Shown here one piece after another: positions 35,484 to 44,552 of a stretch of DNA of 64,000 nt (positions within the stretch are counted from its first letter, which is position 1; each line of letters starts with the position of its first letter). This stretch comes from a virus. The DNA lies in the IMG/VR virus record IMGVR_UViG_3300042463_000409, positions 4,133 through 68,132 of that record, one strand, 5' to 3'. The notes beneath the pieces are model-generated. The model had not been told where the DNA came from. It was given only the letters and a program-made list of their open reading frames with translations, and did no database searches. A program made the translations under genes and the position numbers.

Positions 35484-37952
35484 ATGAGCGAGAATAAACA
35501 AATACTTAATTTTCACCTTGGTAACTCCAAGCTGAAGAGAGATGAAAAAGAAGGCCTAAAGATATCTAAGTTTTTGCAACAGGCGTATAATAGTGGATAC
35601 TTTACTAGGAGAAACAAGAAGTTCGAGAAGAACAGAAAGTTCTCTAGAGGTAGACAGCCAATGGCAGAATTCTTGGATTTATTGAATGTGGATGGTAAAG
35701 AAGCGTTTGTAAATCTAGATATGAAAGCTCCTGCTATCGCTCCAAAGTTCATGCAGGTTATTATAGGCGGCTTCATGAAAAGAGAAGAAAAGGTTAGAGC
35801 ATCTGCTGTAGACCCAATATCTGTAGATAGAAAGGTGTACGACAAGGAGAATGCGGAGTTCAGGATGAACCATGGAGATAGTGTAAGGCAAATAGAAGAA
35901 CAGGTTGGCCTTAAGTTGATGCCAGATGGCGGCTTTACCCCAGAAGATTATGAAGAATTAGAATTATATTTTGGTTTAGAATATCAACTACCTGAAGAGA
36001 TTTTATTTGAAAAAGGCTGCGATTACGTATTTCACGACAATGGATGGCCGGTAATTAAAAGAAAGCTTTTAGAAGATATATCTGAAACAGGTGTTGGAGC
36101 TACAAAAGTTAGTGTAGCAAATACCGGCAAAATTAACATTAGAAGAGTAGTTCCTGAGAACCTATTTTATGGGTTTTCTCAATATGATGACTTTAGAGAT
36201 GTATCGTTTATAGGTGAAATTATATCTATGAAGATTGTGGATATTAGAAATAACTACCCGCACATCACAGAAGAAAAGATATATGAAATTGCTAAAAATT
36301 CTAAGCAACACACACAGACGGTTAAGTGGGACGATAGGTTTAGATACTCTATTGATAGGCCATATGACGATTGGACTGTAGATGTGATAGACTACGAAAT
36401 CAAGACAATCGATACAATGATTTACCAATTTAAAACTAATAAGTATGGTAATCTAATTGTAGAGAAGAAAGAGAAAGCACCACAAAGACTAGGAGATAAT
36501 AAAGAATTATTGACTAAAGACATGTACGTTATATATCGTGGTGTATATATTTTGAATACAGATATAATGCTAGAATGGGGTGTAGCTAAGAATATGATTA
36601 AGCCTTCTGTAGCAAAAGAAATGGCAGATGCTTATTTCAGCTATAGCTTATATATGTTCGAGAACCTTGATTTAGAGAATATGGCTATTCCTGAAAGAAT
36701 GGAAACATCTATCAGGCAAATGACATTGGCTCATTTAAAAATTCAGCAGTTAATAGCAAAACTTAGACCATCTGGTTTAATCATAGATATTGATTCATTA
36801 TCTGACATTAATATTGGTCAAGGTAAAGCGTTGAATCCTTTAGAACTTCAAAGGGTTTACGACCAAACAGGTAATATCTACTACAAAAGAAGAACAGAAG
36901 ATGGAGAAGGAACAAATGGCCTTCCAATCCAAGAAGCTCCAAATAATGGAAGTATAGGTCAGATTCAAGAATTGATTTTAGTATACAATCATTATCTAGA
37001 CAGACTTCGTGATGAAATAGGTGTAAATGAATACAGAGAAGGATCTGGTGTTAATCCTAAATTAGGACTAGGTGTTCAACAGGCACAAATACAAGCATCT
37101 AACAACGCAACAGACTTCTTATATGATGCATATTTAAATATATATCAGCAAACAGCATTTAAGATTTCTTTATTATTATACGATTCAGTATTGTATGGAG
37201 GAGAGCAGTACAGAAACTACTTAAACCCAAATAATGTAGAAGGAAAGTCATTTGATATTAAAATCGAAGTTCTTCCTGACGACAAAGAAAAGATGTTTAT
37301 GGAGCAGATGATTCAGACTGCATTATCTGCTGGTATTATTGAGTTTGAGGATGCATTTAGAATTAGGAGTATAAAGAATACCAAGTTATCTGAAATGTAC
37401 CTCGCAAAAGCTAAAAAGAAGAAGCAAAAAGAAGAGGCGCAAAAAGCTCAAATGAATTCAGAAATGAATGCCCAATCTCAACAGCAGTCTATCCAAATGA
37501 AGGCTCAAATGGATGCTCAATTAGAGCAAATACAAAGCCAGGGCAAACTAGCTATTGTGAATACAGAAATGACATTGAAGAAAGATTTGTTAGAGCAAGA
37601 GTTTGTTCAGTTAGCTCTTTTAAAGTCTTTTGAACTAGGCAGACCATTAAGCTCTCAGCTAGACCAAGTTGTTAATTCATATTTTGCCAAAAAGCAGCAG
37701 GAAATGATGCAGGAAGCTATGGCTCAACAAATGATGGCACAGCAACAGCAAGACCCTCAAGCTCAAGAAGAACAAGCAATGATTGATGCTATTAATCAAA
37801 AGCTTCAAGAAGAGTCAGGTCAAATATCTAAACAAGAGTCTCAAGAAAGAGGTCCTTCAGCAACAGAAGAAGAAGTGATGGCCGAAGAAATGGGCAGCGA
37901 AGAAGCAGAGGGTCAACAGACTGAAGAATTGCAACAGCCTGAAGCTGAATAA
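35484..37952 (+). CDS. Portal protein
   Basis: 822 aa directly after terL; APKFMQVIIG, GVNEYREG; Q/E-rich C-terminal coiled coil; promoter TACTTTTG at 35468-35475. Confidence 0.85.
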   Translation: MSENKQILNFHLGNSKLKRDEKEGLKISKFLQQAYNSGYFTRRNKKFEKNRKFSRGRQPMAEFLDLLNVDGKEAFVNLDMKAPAIAPKFMQVIIGGFMKREEKVRASAVDPISVDRKVYDKENAEFRMNHGDSVRQIEEQVGLKLMPDGGFTPEDYEELELYFGLEYQLPEEILFEKGCDYVFHDNGWPVIKRKLLEDISETGVGATKVSVANTGKINIRRVVPENLFYGFSQYDDFRDVSFIGEIISMKIVDIRNNYPHITEEKIYEIAKNSKQHTQTVKWDDRFRYSIDRPYDDWTVDVIDYEIKTIDTMIYQFKTNKYGNLIVEKKEKAPQRLGDNKELLTKDMYVIYRGVYILNTDIMLEWGVAKNMIKPSVAKEMADAYFSYSLYMFENLDLENMAIPERMETSIRQMTLAHLKIQQLIAKLRPSGLIIDIDSLSDINIGQGKALNPLELQRVYDQTGNIYYKRRTEDGEGTNGLPIQEAPNNGSIGQIQELILVYNHYLDRLRDEIGVNEYREGSGVNPKLGLGVQQAQIQASNNATDFLYDAYLNIYQQTAFKISLLLYDSVLYGGEQYRNYLNPNNVEGKSFDIKIEVLPDDKEKMFMEQMIQTALSAGIIEFEDAFRIRSIKNTKLSEMYLAKAKKKKQKEEAQKAQMNSEMNAQSQQQSIQMKAQMDAQLEQIQSQGKLAIVNTEMTLKKDLLEQEFVQLALLKSFELGRPLSSQLDQVVNSYFAKKQQEMMQEAMAQQMMAQQQQDPQAQEEQAMIDAINQKLQEESGQISKQESQERGPSATEEEVMAEEMGSEEAEGQQTEELQQPEAE

Positions 37953-37999
37953 CAAATGAGTGATAATATTTATATATTTGCAAAATAAAACAAACCAAC

Positions 38000-39136
38000 A
38001 TGACCGAAGAAAGCCTTAACCCGTTTGACGTTTCCAGTTATTCAACTCAGGACACGCAAGCAAATACTACCACGGTAGTAGAAGAAACACAAGGTACGGA
38101 TTTGCCACAGCAAGACCCTGCACCTACAGAAGAAAACAATGAAACTGCACAACAAAATGTGCAAACAAATACCGAACCTGCACAACCAGTTGTGCAAACG
38201 GAAGAAAATCAGGCCCAAGGTCAAGAGCCTGCCCAGCCAAAAAGTTTTGAGTGGGATAACGAAATGGCCAAGCAGATATATAATAGTCTTGTTAACGGAG
38301 ACATTTCTCAGGTTGCAGATATTATGTACGAGCAAAAAGTTCTTTCAGAGATTGACTCTATGAGTGAAAACGAGGTTCTTATGCTTAAGTTAGCATACGA
38401 TTATCCAGATTTAACTCCAGATGAAATCCAAGAAGAGTTTCATTCAAAGTACTCTGTTGATTCAGACTTTGATGAATCTCTTTTAACAGATGATGAAATT
38501 GCTTCAAAGAAAAAGCAAATCGAGAAGCAGCAAAAGGCTATTGCAAGAGAGATTAAGAAAGATGTGAGAGAGGCTAAAGAGTACTTGCAAACGCTAAAAC
38601 AGGACATTAGTTTTCCAGATATTCTGAGTCAAGTTCAACAGGCGCCACAGCAAAATGTGAATCCTGAAGAGTATGTGAATCAGTATTTGACAGCTCAACA
38701 AGAAGAGCAAGCGAAAGCGTATCAACAAGCTAGAGAGACATTTGAAAAAAGTGTTGAAGAAGGCTTGAGGAGTTTTGATGGATTTAACGTCAACTATAAG
38801 GACGAGGATGTCCAATTTGACGGAAAGTTTTCTCTAACGCAAGAAGAGAAAACCCAACTTCAAGACACTATGAAAGCTTTTGATTTAGAGTCTTTTTATG
38901 GTAATCGCTACTACAAGGAAGGTAAGTACGATACTAAGCAACTTGCAGAAGACATCTACTTCTTACAAAACAGAGACAAAGTTGTTAACTCTATGGTAAC
39001 GCAAGCCGTTAGCAAAGCGAAAGCAGATTTGTTAAAGAGTATGAAGAATATTGACTATAGCAATTCTCCAAGACAATCAGCAGCTATAAGCTCTAATGAT
39101 TACGATAAGATGGTGGATGCAATGTTTAATATTTAA
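38000..39136 (+). CDS. Capsid scaffolding protein (putative)
   Basis: Acidic helical protein between portal and MCP. Confidence 0.65.
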   Translation: MTEESLNPFDVSSYSTQDTQANTTTVVEETQGTDLPQQDPAPTEENNETAQQNVQTNTEPAQPVVQTEENQAQGQEPAQPKSFEWDNEMAKQIYNSLVNGDISQVADIMYEQKVLSEIDSMSENEVLMLKLAYDYPDLTPDEIQEEFHSKYSVDSDFDESLLTDDEIASKKKQIEKQQKAIAREIKKDVREAKEYLQTLKQDISFPDILSQVQQAPQQNVNPEEYVNQYLTAQQEEQAKAYQQARETFEKSVEEGLRSFDGFNVNYKDEDVQFDGKFSLTQEEKTQLQDTMKAFDLESFYGNRYYKEGKYDTKQLAEDIYFLQNRDKVVNSMVTQAVSKAKADLLKSMKNIDYSNSPRQSAAISSNDYDKMVDAMFNI

Positions 39137-39159
39137 AAAACAAATTAAAATAATTTAAG

Positions 39160-40500
39160 ATGCCAGTTTTACAACCAGGTAATGTACAACCTACAGGTGG
39201 CCAAGTAGCTCGTCAGTTTGTTTCTGACTTGTCTATCTTAAAGCCCCAGTACTATGACAAATTTATTGAGAAGTATGGTTCTCAAAACTACACTCAATTG
39301 TTAGAAGCTTTAGGTATGAAGGCTACAGTTCCTTCTCGTGAATTCTTCCACTTTGAGTCAAAAGGTAAATTACATTCAGCAGTTCAGTTGGATGGTGGTG
39401 CTTTAGCTAACGTAGCTGCAGGCGCTCCAGTAGACGTTGCTATTAGCTCTGCTTTCGTTGATGGCGGTAGAAGCCCATTACGTGTAGGTGAAGTAGTAGA
39501 AAACGCTGCTACAGGCGTTCAGTACAAAATCACAGCTGTAGCTTCTGCAACTGCTTGTACTATTAGACCTTTAGATTCTGCAATTGATGCTAACACTGAT
39601 TTAGGTGCTAACTCAACTGCACATTTGTTATTCCGTGGAATTTCAGAAGCTGGTGAAGCATCTAGCAAATTCAACAGTTTAACAGGTCTTACTGAAAGAA
39701 AAACTTTCTTCACAACTGAAATCCGTGAAGATTTTTCTATCACAGATAGAGCTAAAATTGAAGAACTTTATTTTGAAGTAAACGGTCAAGCTTACTATAC
39801 CTACAAAGGTCTTGATGAAGCTGTACGTCGTTTCATGAACAATAAAGAGTTCAAATTAATGTTTGGTAAGCCAACTAACAACATCAGCGGTACTGTAGGT
39901 ACTACAGGTCTTGTTCCTCAAATCGAGGCTGGTGGACAAACTTATCAGTGGAATGCTTCTTCTAGCGGTTTCACTATCGATGATTTCCACGCTCTTGCTC
40001 GTCTTGCTGACTTCAATGGCGGTTCTAGCGAATACCATTTCTTAATGGATTCTTACTTAAGAACTGTTGTTGACGATGCGTTATTCAACAAGTACACTAA
40101 CGGCGCTATTCAGTGGGCTGCAGTTGGTGGTTCTAGCGAAGTTGCAATCAAATATGGCTTCGATTCATTAAAGATTGATGGTACTACTTTCCACTTAAAG
40201 AAATACTTACCATTCAATGCTGAAGCTGTTTATGGTGTTGCTCCTTCAACAGAGTACTACAAGAATAGCGGTATCTTAATCCCTGTTAAAGAGGGTAGAG
40301 ATGCTCAAACTGGCGACAAAATCCCTTCATTACGTATTGTTTACAATGAAGTTGAAGCTGGTAAAGAAATCAAAGTTTGGGAAACAGGTGCTTTAGCTAA
40401 AGTTCCTACTTCTGACAAGATGGAATTGAATGTACACCACATGGCATACTGCGGTATTCAAGTGTTTGCTGCAAATCAATACATCAGCGTTAAGAGCTAG
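39160..40500 (+). CDS. Major capsid protein
   Basis: 446 aa, strongly biased codons, GTTGLVPQI, GFDSLKIDGTTFHLK; followed by a terminator. Confidence 0.85.
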   Translation: MPVLQPGNVQPTGGQVARQFVSDLSILKPQYYDKFIEKYGSQNYTQLLEALGMKATVPSREFFHFESKGKLHSAVQLDGGALANVAAGAPVDVAISSAFVDGGRSPLRVGEVVENAATGVQYKITAVASATACTIRPLDSAIDANTDLGANSTAHLLFRGISEAGEASSKFNSLTGLTERKTFFTTEIREDFSITDRAKIEELYFEVNGQAYYTYKGLDEAVRRFMNNKEFKLMFGKPTNNISGTVGTTGLVPQIEAGGQTYQWNASSSGFTIDDFHALARLADFNGGSSEYHFLMDSYLRTVVDDALFNKYTNGAIQWAAVGGSSEVAIKYGFDSLKIDGTTFHLKKYLPFNAEAVYGVAPSTEYYKNSGILIPVKEGRDAQTGDKIPSLRIVYNEVEAGKEIKVWETGALAKVPTSDKMELNVHHMAYCGIQVFAANQYISVKS

Positions 40501-40520
40501 TTTTAACTTGATTATAAAGA

Positions 40521-40555
40521 GACCCCATCGTATAGCGGTGGGGTTTTCTTTTTTT
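40521..40555 (+). terminator. Intrinsic terminator after MCP
   Basis: ACCCCATCG-TATAG-CGGTGGGGT followed by a T-run. Confidence 0.8.
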
Positions 40556-40584
40556 ATTATATTTGTAACATAAAACAAACCATT

Positions 40585-41505
40585 ATGTCAAAAACCACGA
40601 AAAAACAAACTATTGACGCTAACGGTGACATCGTAGATGTTATCGATACGGCAAATCAAATTGAAGAGGTTGCCGATATTAAAGTAGAAGCACCTAAAAG
40701 ACAGGTAAAGAAACCTGAATTCTACGTTTTCCAATTGACTCAGAAATTCTATGTAACAAGTCCAGGTAAGCTACCTTATCCTGAAAATTGGCTAGTTAAG
40801 AATGCTGACATTATTTATGACGAAGAAACAGGGACTGAAAGAAATATTAGATATTTAGAGGGCGTAAGCACTATATGGGAAGATGAACAAGAACATCTTT
40901 CTGAGCAAAAGAAACGTTCTAGGCCAGATATTAGATTTGTAAACGGATACCTTAGAGTTCCAGCAAACAAACCTTCGTTACTAGAGTTCTTGATGAAAAG
41001 CAACATGAACGAGAGCAACAAGAATAGAATGGCCGGGACTAAGTCTCTATACAAACTTCTTGATTTTCAAGCTGAAGAAGATAAAAACTTAGAGAAAGCA
41101 GAAACAAGAATGCAGGCTATGAAGATAGCTATGGAGGCTCCATTAGATATGATGATTCCTCACGCTAAATATCTTGGTGTTAAATTCACAAACAATCAGA
41201 ATGTAGAAAGGGGAGATAAGGCTATTAGATTTGACTATCTAGATGTAGCTGATAAGAAACCTGATATGTTCATTAAAACCTATAATAATCCATTAGTTAA
41301 GATTCAGTACATTGTACAGAAAGCTGCTGCTAGTGGATTGGTAGACACGAGCTCGGTTAAAGGTCAAGCAATTTGGGGTGATAGCAAGTCTTTTATTGCT
41401 CAAATCCCAGATGGTAAAGCTCCTATTGAATTCCTATCGGAGTTCTGCTTAACTGAAAAGGGTAAAGAATTTTATTCTCAGATTAAACATATGGTTAACT
41501 CCTAA
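40585..41505 (+). CDS. Post-capsid protein of unknown function
   Basis: ERNIRY...IRFVNGYLRVP; own promoter TATATTTG at 40558-40565. Confidence 0.6.
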   Translation: MSKTTKKQTIDANGDIVDVIDTANQIEEVADIKVEAPKRQVKKPEFYVFQLTQKFYVTSPGKLPYPENWLVKNADIIYDEETGTERNIRYLEGVSTIWEDEQEHLSEQKKRSRPDIRFVNGYLRVPANKPSLLEFLMKSNMNESNKNRMAGTKSLYKLLDFQAEEDKNLEKAETRMQAMKIAMEAPLDMMIPHAKYLGVKFTNNQNVERGDKAIRFDYLDVADKKPDMFIKTYNNPLVKIQYIVQKAAASGLVDTSSVKGQAIWGDSKSFIAQIPDGKAPIEFLSEFCLTEKGKEFYSQIKHMVNS

Positions 41506-41567
41506 GACGCTTCGTGTTTTATGGTTTTATTGGTTAGGGCCCCTTGTTTCTACAGGGGGCTTTTTTT
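41506..41567 (+). ncRNA. 3'UTR antisense element + TGT-TTCT-ACA terminator
   Basis: GTTTTATGGTTTTATTGGTTA (41516-41536) is complementary to early-gene leaders; GCCCCTTGT-TTCT-ACAGGGGGC-T7 at 41539-41567. Confidence 0.6.
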
Positions 41568-41582
41568 ATTTATATTTGCAAT

Positions 41583-42227
41583 ATGAATATTAACGATATA
41601 TACAAACTTGTGTCATATCTAGTAGATAAATACCAAGGAACATATTTATCTCCAGATGACTTTAATATGGCCATCAATATGGCTCAAAGGCAATACCTAA
41701 ACTTCCTGACAGAAGAAACGTTAGAAACAACGGGAAGAGGCCCTGGGCAGCAACAATTTGTTACTAGAGGTTCTTTGTCTGGATTTCTTAAAGAAAGCAC
41801 ATTAACCATATCTAGTCAATTAGCTACTTATCCATCAGACTACTATAAGATATCTGCAATGAGAACGACTAATGACGACTTCTTGATTAGAAAAGTTGGT
41901 GCAGATAAACTATATGCTTACATAAATAACCCAATCGATACCCCTACATTAACAGAGCCAATATATACTGAAATAGGAAGCAACTTTAAATTCTTCCCAA
42001 ATACATTAACTTCAGCTAAAATTATTTATTTTAAGCAGCCAGTTGATGCAGCATGGGTTCCATTAACAGGAACGTTAACATACAATCCATCAGCTAGTAC
42101 TCAATTAGAATGGCCTGATAATGATTTAAATGATATTATATACAGAACAATAGGTATTATAGGAATCAATTTAAAAGACGGAGACTTAGTAAGAGCTTCT
42201 TTAACAGTTAAAAACGATGGTCAATAA
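41583..42227 (+). CDS. Head-tail ring/adaptor protein
   Basis: YLSPDDFNMAINMAQ...YFKQP pattern; position after the capsid genes; ATG at 41583. Confidence 0.7.
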   Translation: MNINDIYKLVSYLVDKYQGTYLSPDDFNMAINMAQRQYLNFLTEETLETTGRGPGQQQFVTRGSLSGFLKESTLTISSQLATYPSDYYKISAMRTTNDDFLIRKVGADKLYAYINNPIDTPTLTEPIYTEIGSNFKFFPNTLTSAKIIYFKQPVDAAWVPLTGTLTYNPSASTQLEWPDNDLNDIIYRTIGIIGINLKDGDLVRASLTVKNDGQ

Positions 42228-42850
42228 TGACTAGAAAAGTAATAATAGAACAGATAAGACGTATCTTGTATGGCGGTGTGCCAAATGACGATGCAAATGT
42301 TTCTGAAAAAGAAATAAACGTATACTTGAATCAAGCCATAGCTTATATGGCTAAAATCAATTATACAGACGCTATTAAACTAGATGGAATAGAAACGGTT
42401 GCGGATTCTTTTTATGCTACGTTTAAGAACTTAACAGTATTGTTAGACACAGATACGGGGTATTACTATACAGAGTTGCCTCAAGTTCCTTTAGGATTAT
42501 CTAGAGGATATGGCATTTCAACAGTTACATTCCCCACATCTACTGGACTAGCAAAAGCACCGATACCTATATCTGTTAGAGAGTTGGACTATATGGATAA
42601 CCTAAAGACACCTCCTAGTAAGATATTTTATTGGGCTGAAGGTAAAAGGCTCTGGTTCAAGAGTTATACAAATCTAGTTGGCAGGGCTCCTATTGTTAGA
42701 ATGGTAAGTACAGAAAACGATGATTTAAATGCTGAGGTTAATGTTCCTCAAGAATACATCTCAGATATGATTAACTTAGTATTAACTCAATTAAAAATTA
42801 GAAAAGGAACACCAGAGGAAGGCGTTAACGATGGTGCAGATAAAGCTTAA
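42227..42850 (+). CDS. Head-tail ring protein
   Basis: Coupled to the previous gene; similar size and character. Confidence 0.6.
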   Translation: MTRKVIIEQIRRILYGGVPNDDANVSEKEINVYLNQAIAYMAKINYTDAIKLDGIETVADSFYATFKNLTVLLDTDTGYYYTELPQVPLGLSRGYGISTVTFPTSTGLAKAPIPISVRELDYMDNLKTPPSKIFYWAEGKRLWFKSYTNLVGRAPIVRMVSTENDDLNAEVNVPQEYISDMINLVLTQLKIRKGTPEEGVNDGADKA

Positions 42851-42855
42851 ATAAT

Positions 42856-43626
42856 ATGGCAAAGAATACAGCAAAATGGGTTCCACTATCTGAGATAATC
42901 TATCAGTACATAGACCAAGCAAGAATGTCTAATGCAGACTATAGAAGGCTATGGACAATAGGCATTAGAGGTGTTGAAGAGATGGGTCTTGATGTATACT
43001 CTACTCCAAGAACAGTTAAGTTAATGGTTAATCCTAATAAGACAGTTAATCTTCCTTCTGATTACATTGGTTTTTCTAAAGTAGGTGTATTTAACGCTAA
43101 AGGAGAGGTAGCTTCTTTGAGAAGAAATATAGGATTGAGTTCATTTAAAATTACTCAATCAGATAGACTTACTAGCAATACAGATAACACCACAGGTAAT
43201 ACATATAGACTTCAAGACCTAGCTTACGTAAACTATTTTGACGGAGCAAGGTATGTAAACATATTTGGTGTTGGGTCTGTTTTGAATAATGCAGGTGAAT
43301 TTGATATAGATGAAGAGGAAGGTTTGATATACCTAGGTAATGACTATGATTTTACTTATGTAGTTTTAGAGTATATGTCATCTCCATCTAGTGACCCTGA
43401 TTATAAAATACCTATTCAGATAAGGGAAGCTGTTTTAGCTTTTATAGCATGGAAAGATATTGAGCATCTGCCATTAGGAAGAAAGGCTAGCCTAGGCGAC
43501 AAGCAACTAAGACGTAAAGAATACTACAACCAAAAGAGAAACGCTAACTTAAGAGAAACTCCTATGTTCCTTTGGGATGCAAATGAGGTTATTAGAATGG
43601 GTGCTAAACTAGCAGTTAAGATATAA
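42856..43626 (+). CDS. Head-tail ring protein
   Basis: LPSDYIGFSKV, VVLEYMS, IPIQIREAVLAFI. Confidence 0.65.
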   Translation: MAKNTAKWVPLSEIIYQYIDQARMSNADYRRLWTIGIRGVEEMGLDVYSTPRTVKLMVNPNKTVNLPSDYIGFSKVGVFNAKGEVASLRRNIGLSSFKITQSDRLTSNTDNTTGNTYRLQDLAYVNYFDGARYVNIFGVGSVLNNAGEFDIDEEEGLIYLGNDYDFTYVVLEYMSSPSSDPDYKIPIQIREAVLAFIAWKDIEHLPLGRKASLGDKQLRRKEYYNQKRNANLRETPMFLWDANEVIRMGAKLAVKI

Positions 43627-43627
43627 T

Positions 43628-44260
43628 ATGAAAATAGAAAGGAAGACTTTTTCGGGAATAATGAATCTAGATGACCCAAGAGAGGTGTTCCCTCCTAGTC
43701 ATCATAGAGAGGCTAAAAATGGAGTCTTTAGAGGCAATGGTACGTATAATAGGTACGAGAGCATTAGAGGAAACCAAGAGTCTGCAAATAGGGAATTAAT
43801 AACAAATAATTGTACTATAAGAGGAATAGCTAGAAGAATAGATTGCGGATTTAGTGGCATAGCTGTCAAAGTAGTTTCAGATTGTATGCTACTTGGTAAC
43901 GCAACAAAGGTTACTGTTGTTGATCCTAATATAGCAGTTTCTAGTGTAGGAGCGTATTCTGGGGCTTGTATAGGCGGCACGATTAATGAGTACCTTACAG
44001 CTTATATTGGATTAAATAATATAGTTGTATCTGATACCACTTTTGAAGTGCAAGTTAGATATGTCTATAGCGGCAATACATGCACTTTAGAGAATTTCTT
44101 TTATGCAAATTTCCAATTGGTAGTACCAGCTGGAAGTAATGGAGTAGAATTAGATATGTGTACGCAGGGTGGATATGTAGGATTCCCTTTCAGTATATGT
44201 TCAACTTGTATAATTAGTTGTAGCAACCCTGCGATAAATATATCAGCATTTGATTGCTAG
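43628..44260 (+). CDS. Muzzle N-terminal peptide fused to a Cys-rich domain
   Basis: FSGIMNLDD...P...REAKN...ESIRGN N-terminus, then CxxxGxA repeats and a Cys-rich tail. Confidence 0.6.
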   Translation: MKIERKTFSGIMNLDDPREVFPPSHHREAKNGVFRGNGTYNRYESIRGNQESANRELITNNCTIRGIARRIDCGFSGIAVKVVSDCMLLGNATKVTVVDPNIAVSSVGAYSGACIGGTINEYLTAYIGLNNIVVSDTTFEVQVRYVYSGNTCTLENFFYANFQLVVPAGSNGVELDMCTQGGYVGFPFSICSTCIISCSNPAINISAFDC

Positions 44261-44300
44261 CGTAATAAAATTGTATCTTTGACAATAAAAATTAATTAAT

Positions 44301-44549
44301 ATGGCCCAAGTAGTAGACGTAACCTTAACAGCTATAGGAGCAGATACGGGCAATTTCACAGTTAGGGCACTTACAAATGCAGATGTGGAAATTGTTGTTT
44401 CAGGGGCATGGCCCAAAACAGCTCAAACATTCATTCAGAATGTAGCTAAAAGGTTTGCCGATGTACCAGATACTGCGTATAAGCTTAAAGTTGAGTCAAA
44501 TACCACATCTTGTACGAATTCATTAACAATGGTTTTTTTAACTGCGTAA
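44301..44549 (+). CDS. Small beta-rich virion protein (putative)
   Basis: VTLTAIGADTGNFTV...CTNSL; promoter TATCTTTG at 44274-44281. Confidence 0.55.
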   Translation: MAQVVDVTLTAIGADTGNFTVRALTNADVEIVVSGAWPKTAQTFIQNVAKRFADVPDTAYKLKVESNTTSCTNSLTMVFLTA

Positions 44550-44552
44550 TAA

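Noticed and set aside
41539-41560. TTTCTAC similarity to the Cas12a direct repeat
   Set aside because: Geometry differs (TTCT is the loop here, not part of a TCTAC/GTAGA stem), only two dispersed copies, and no cas gene.
43790-44552. Self-splicing intron or intein interrupting the muzzle gene
   Set aside because: The intervening DNA is almost entirely coding, has its own promoter, and shows no homing endonuclease or recognisable intron core. Not formally excluded without RT-PCR.
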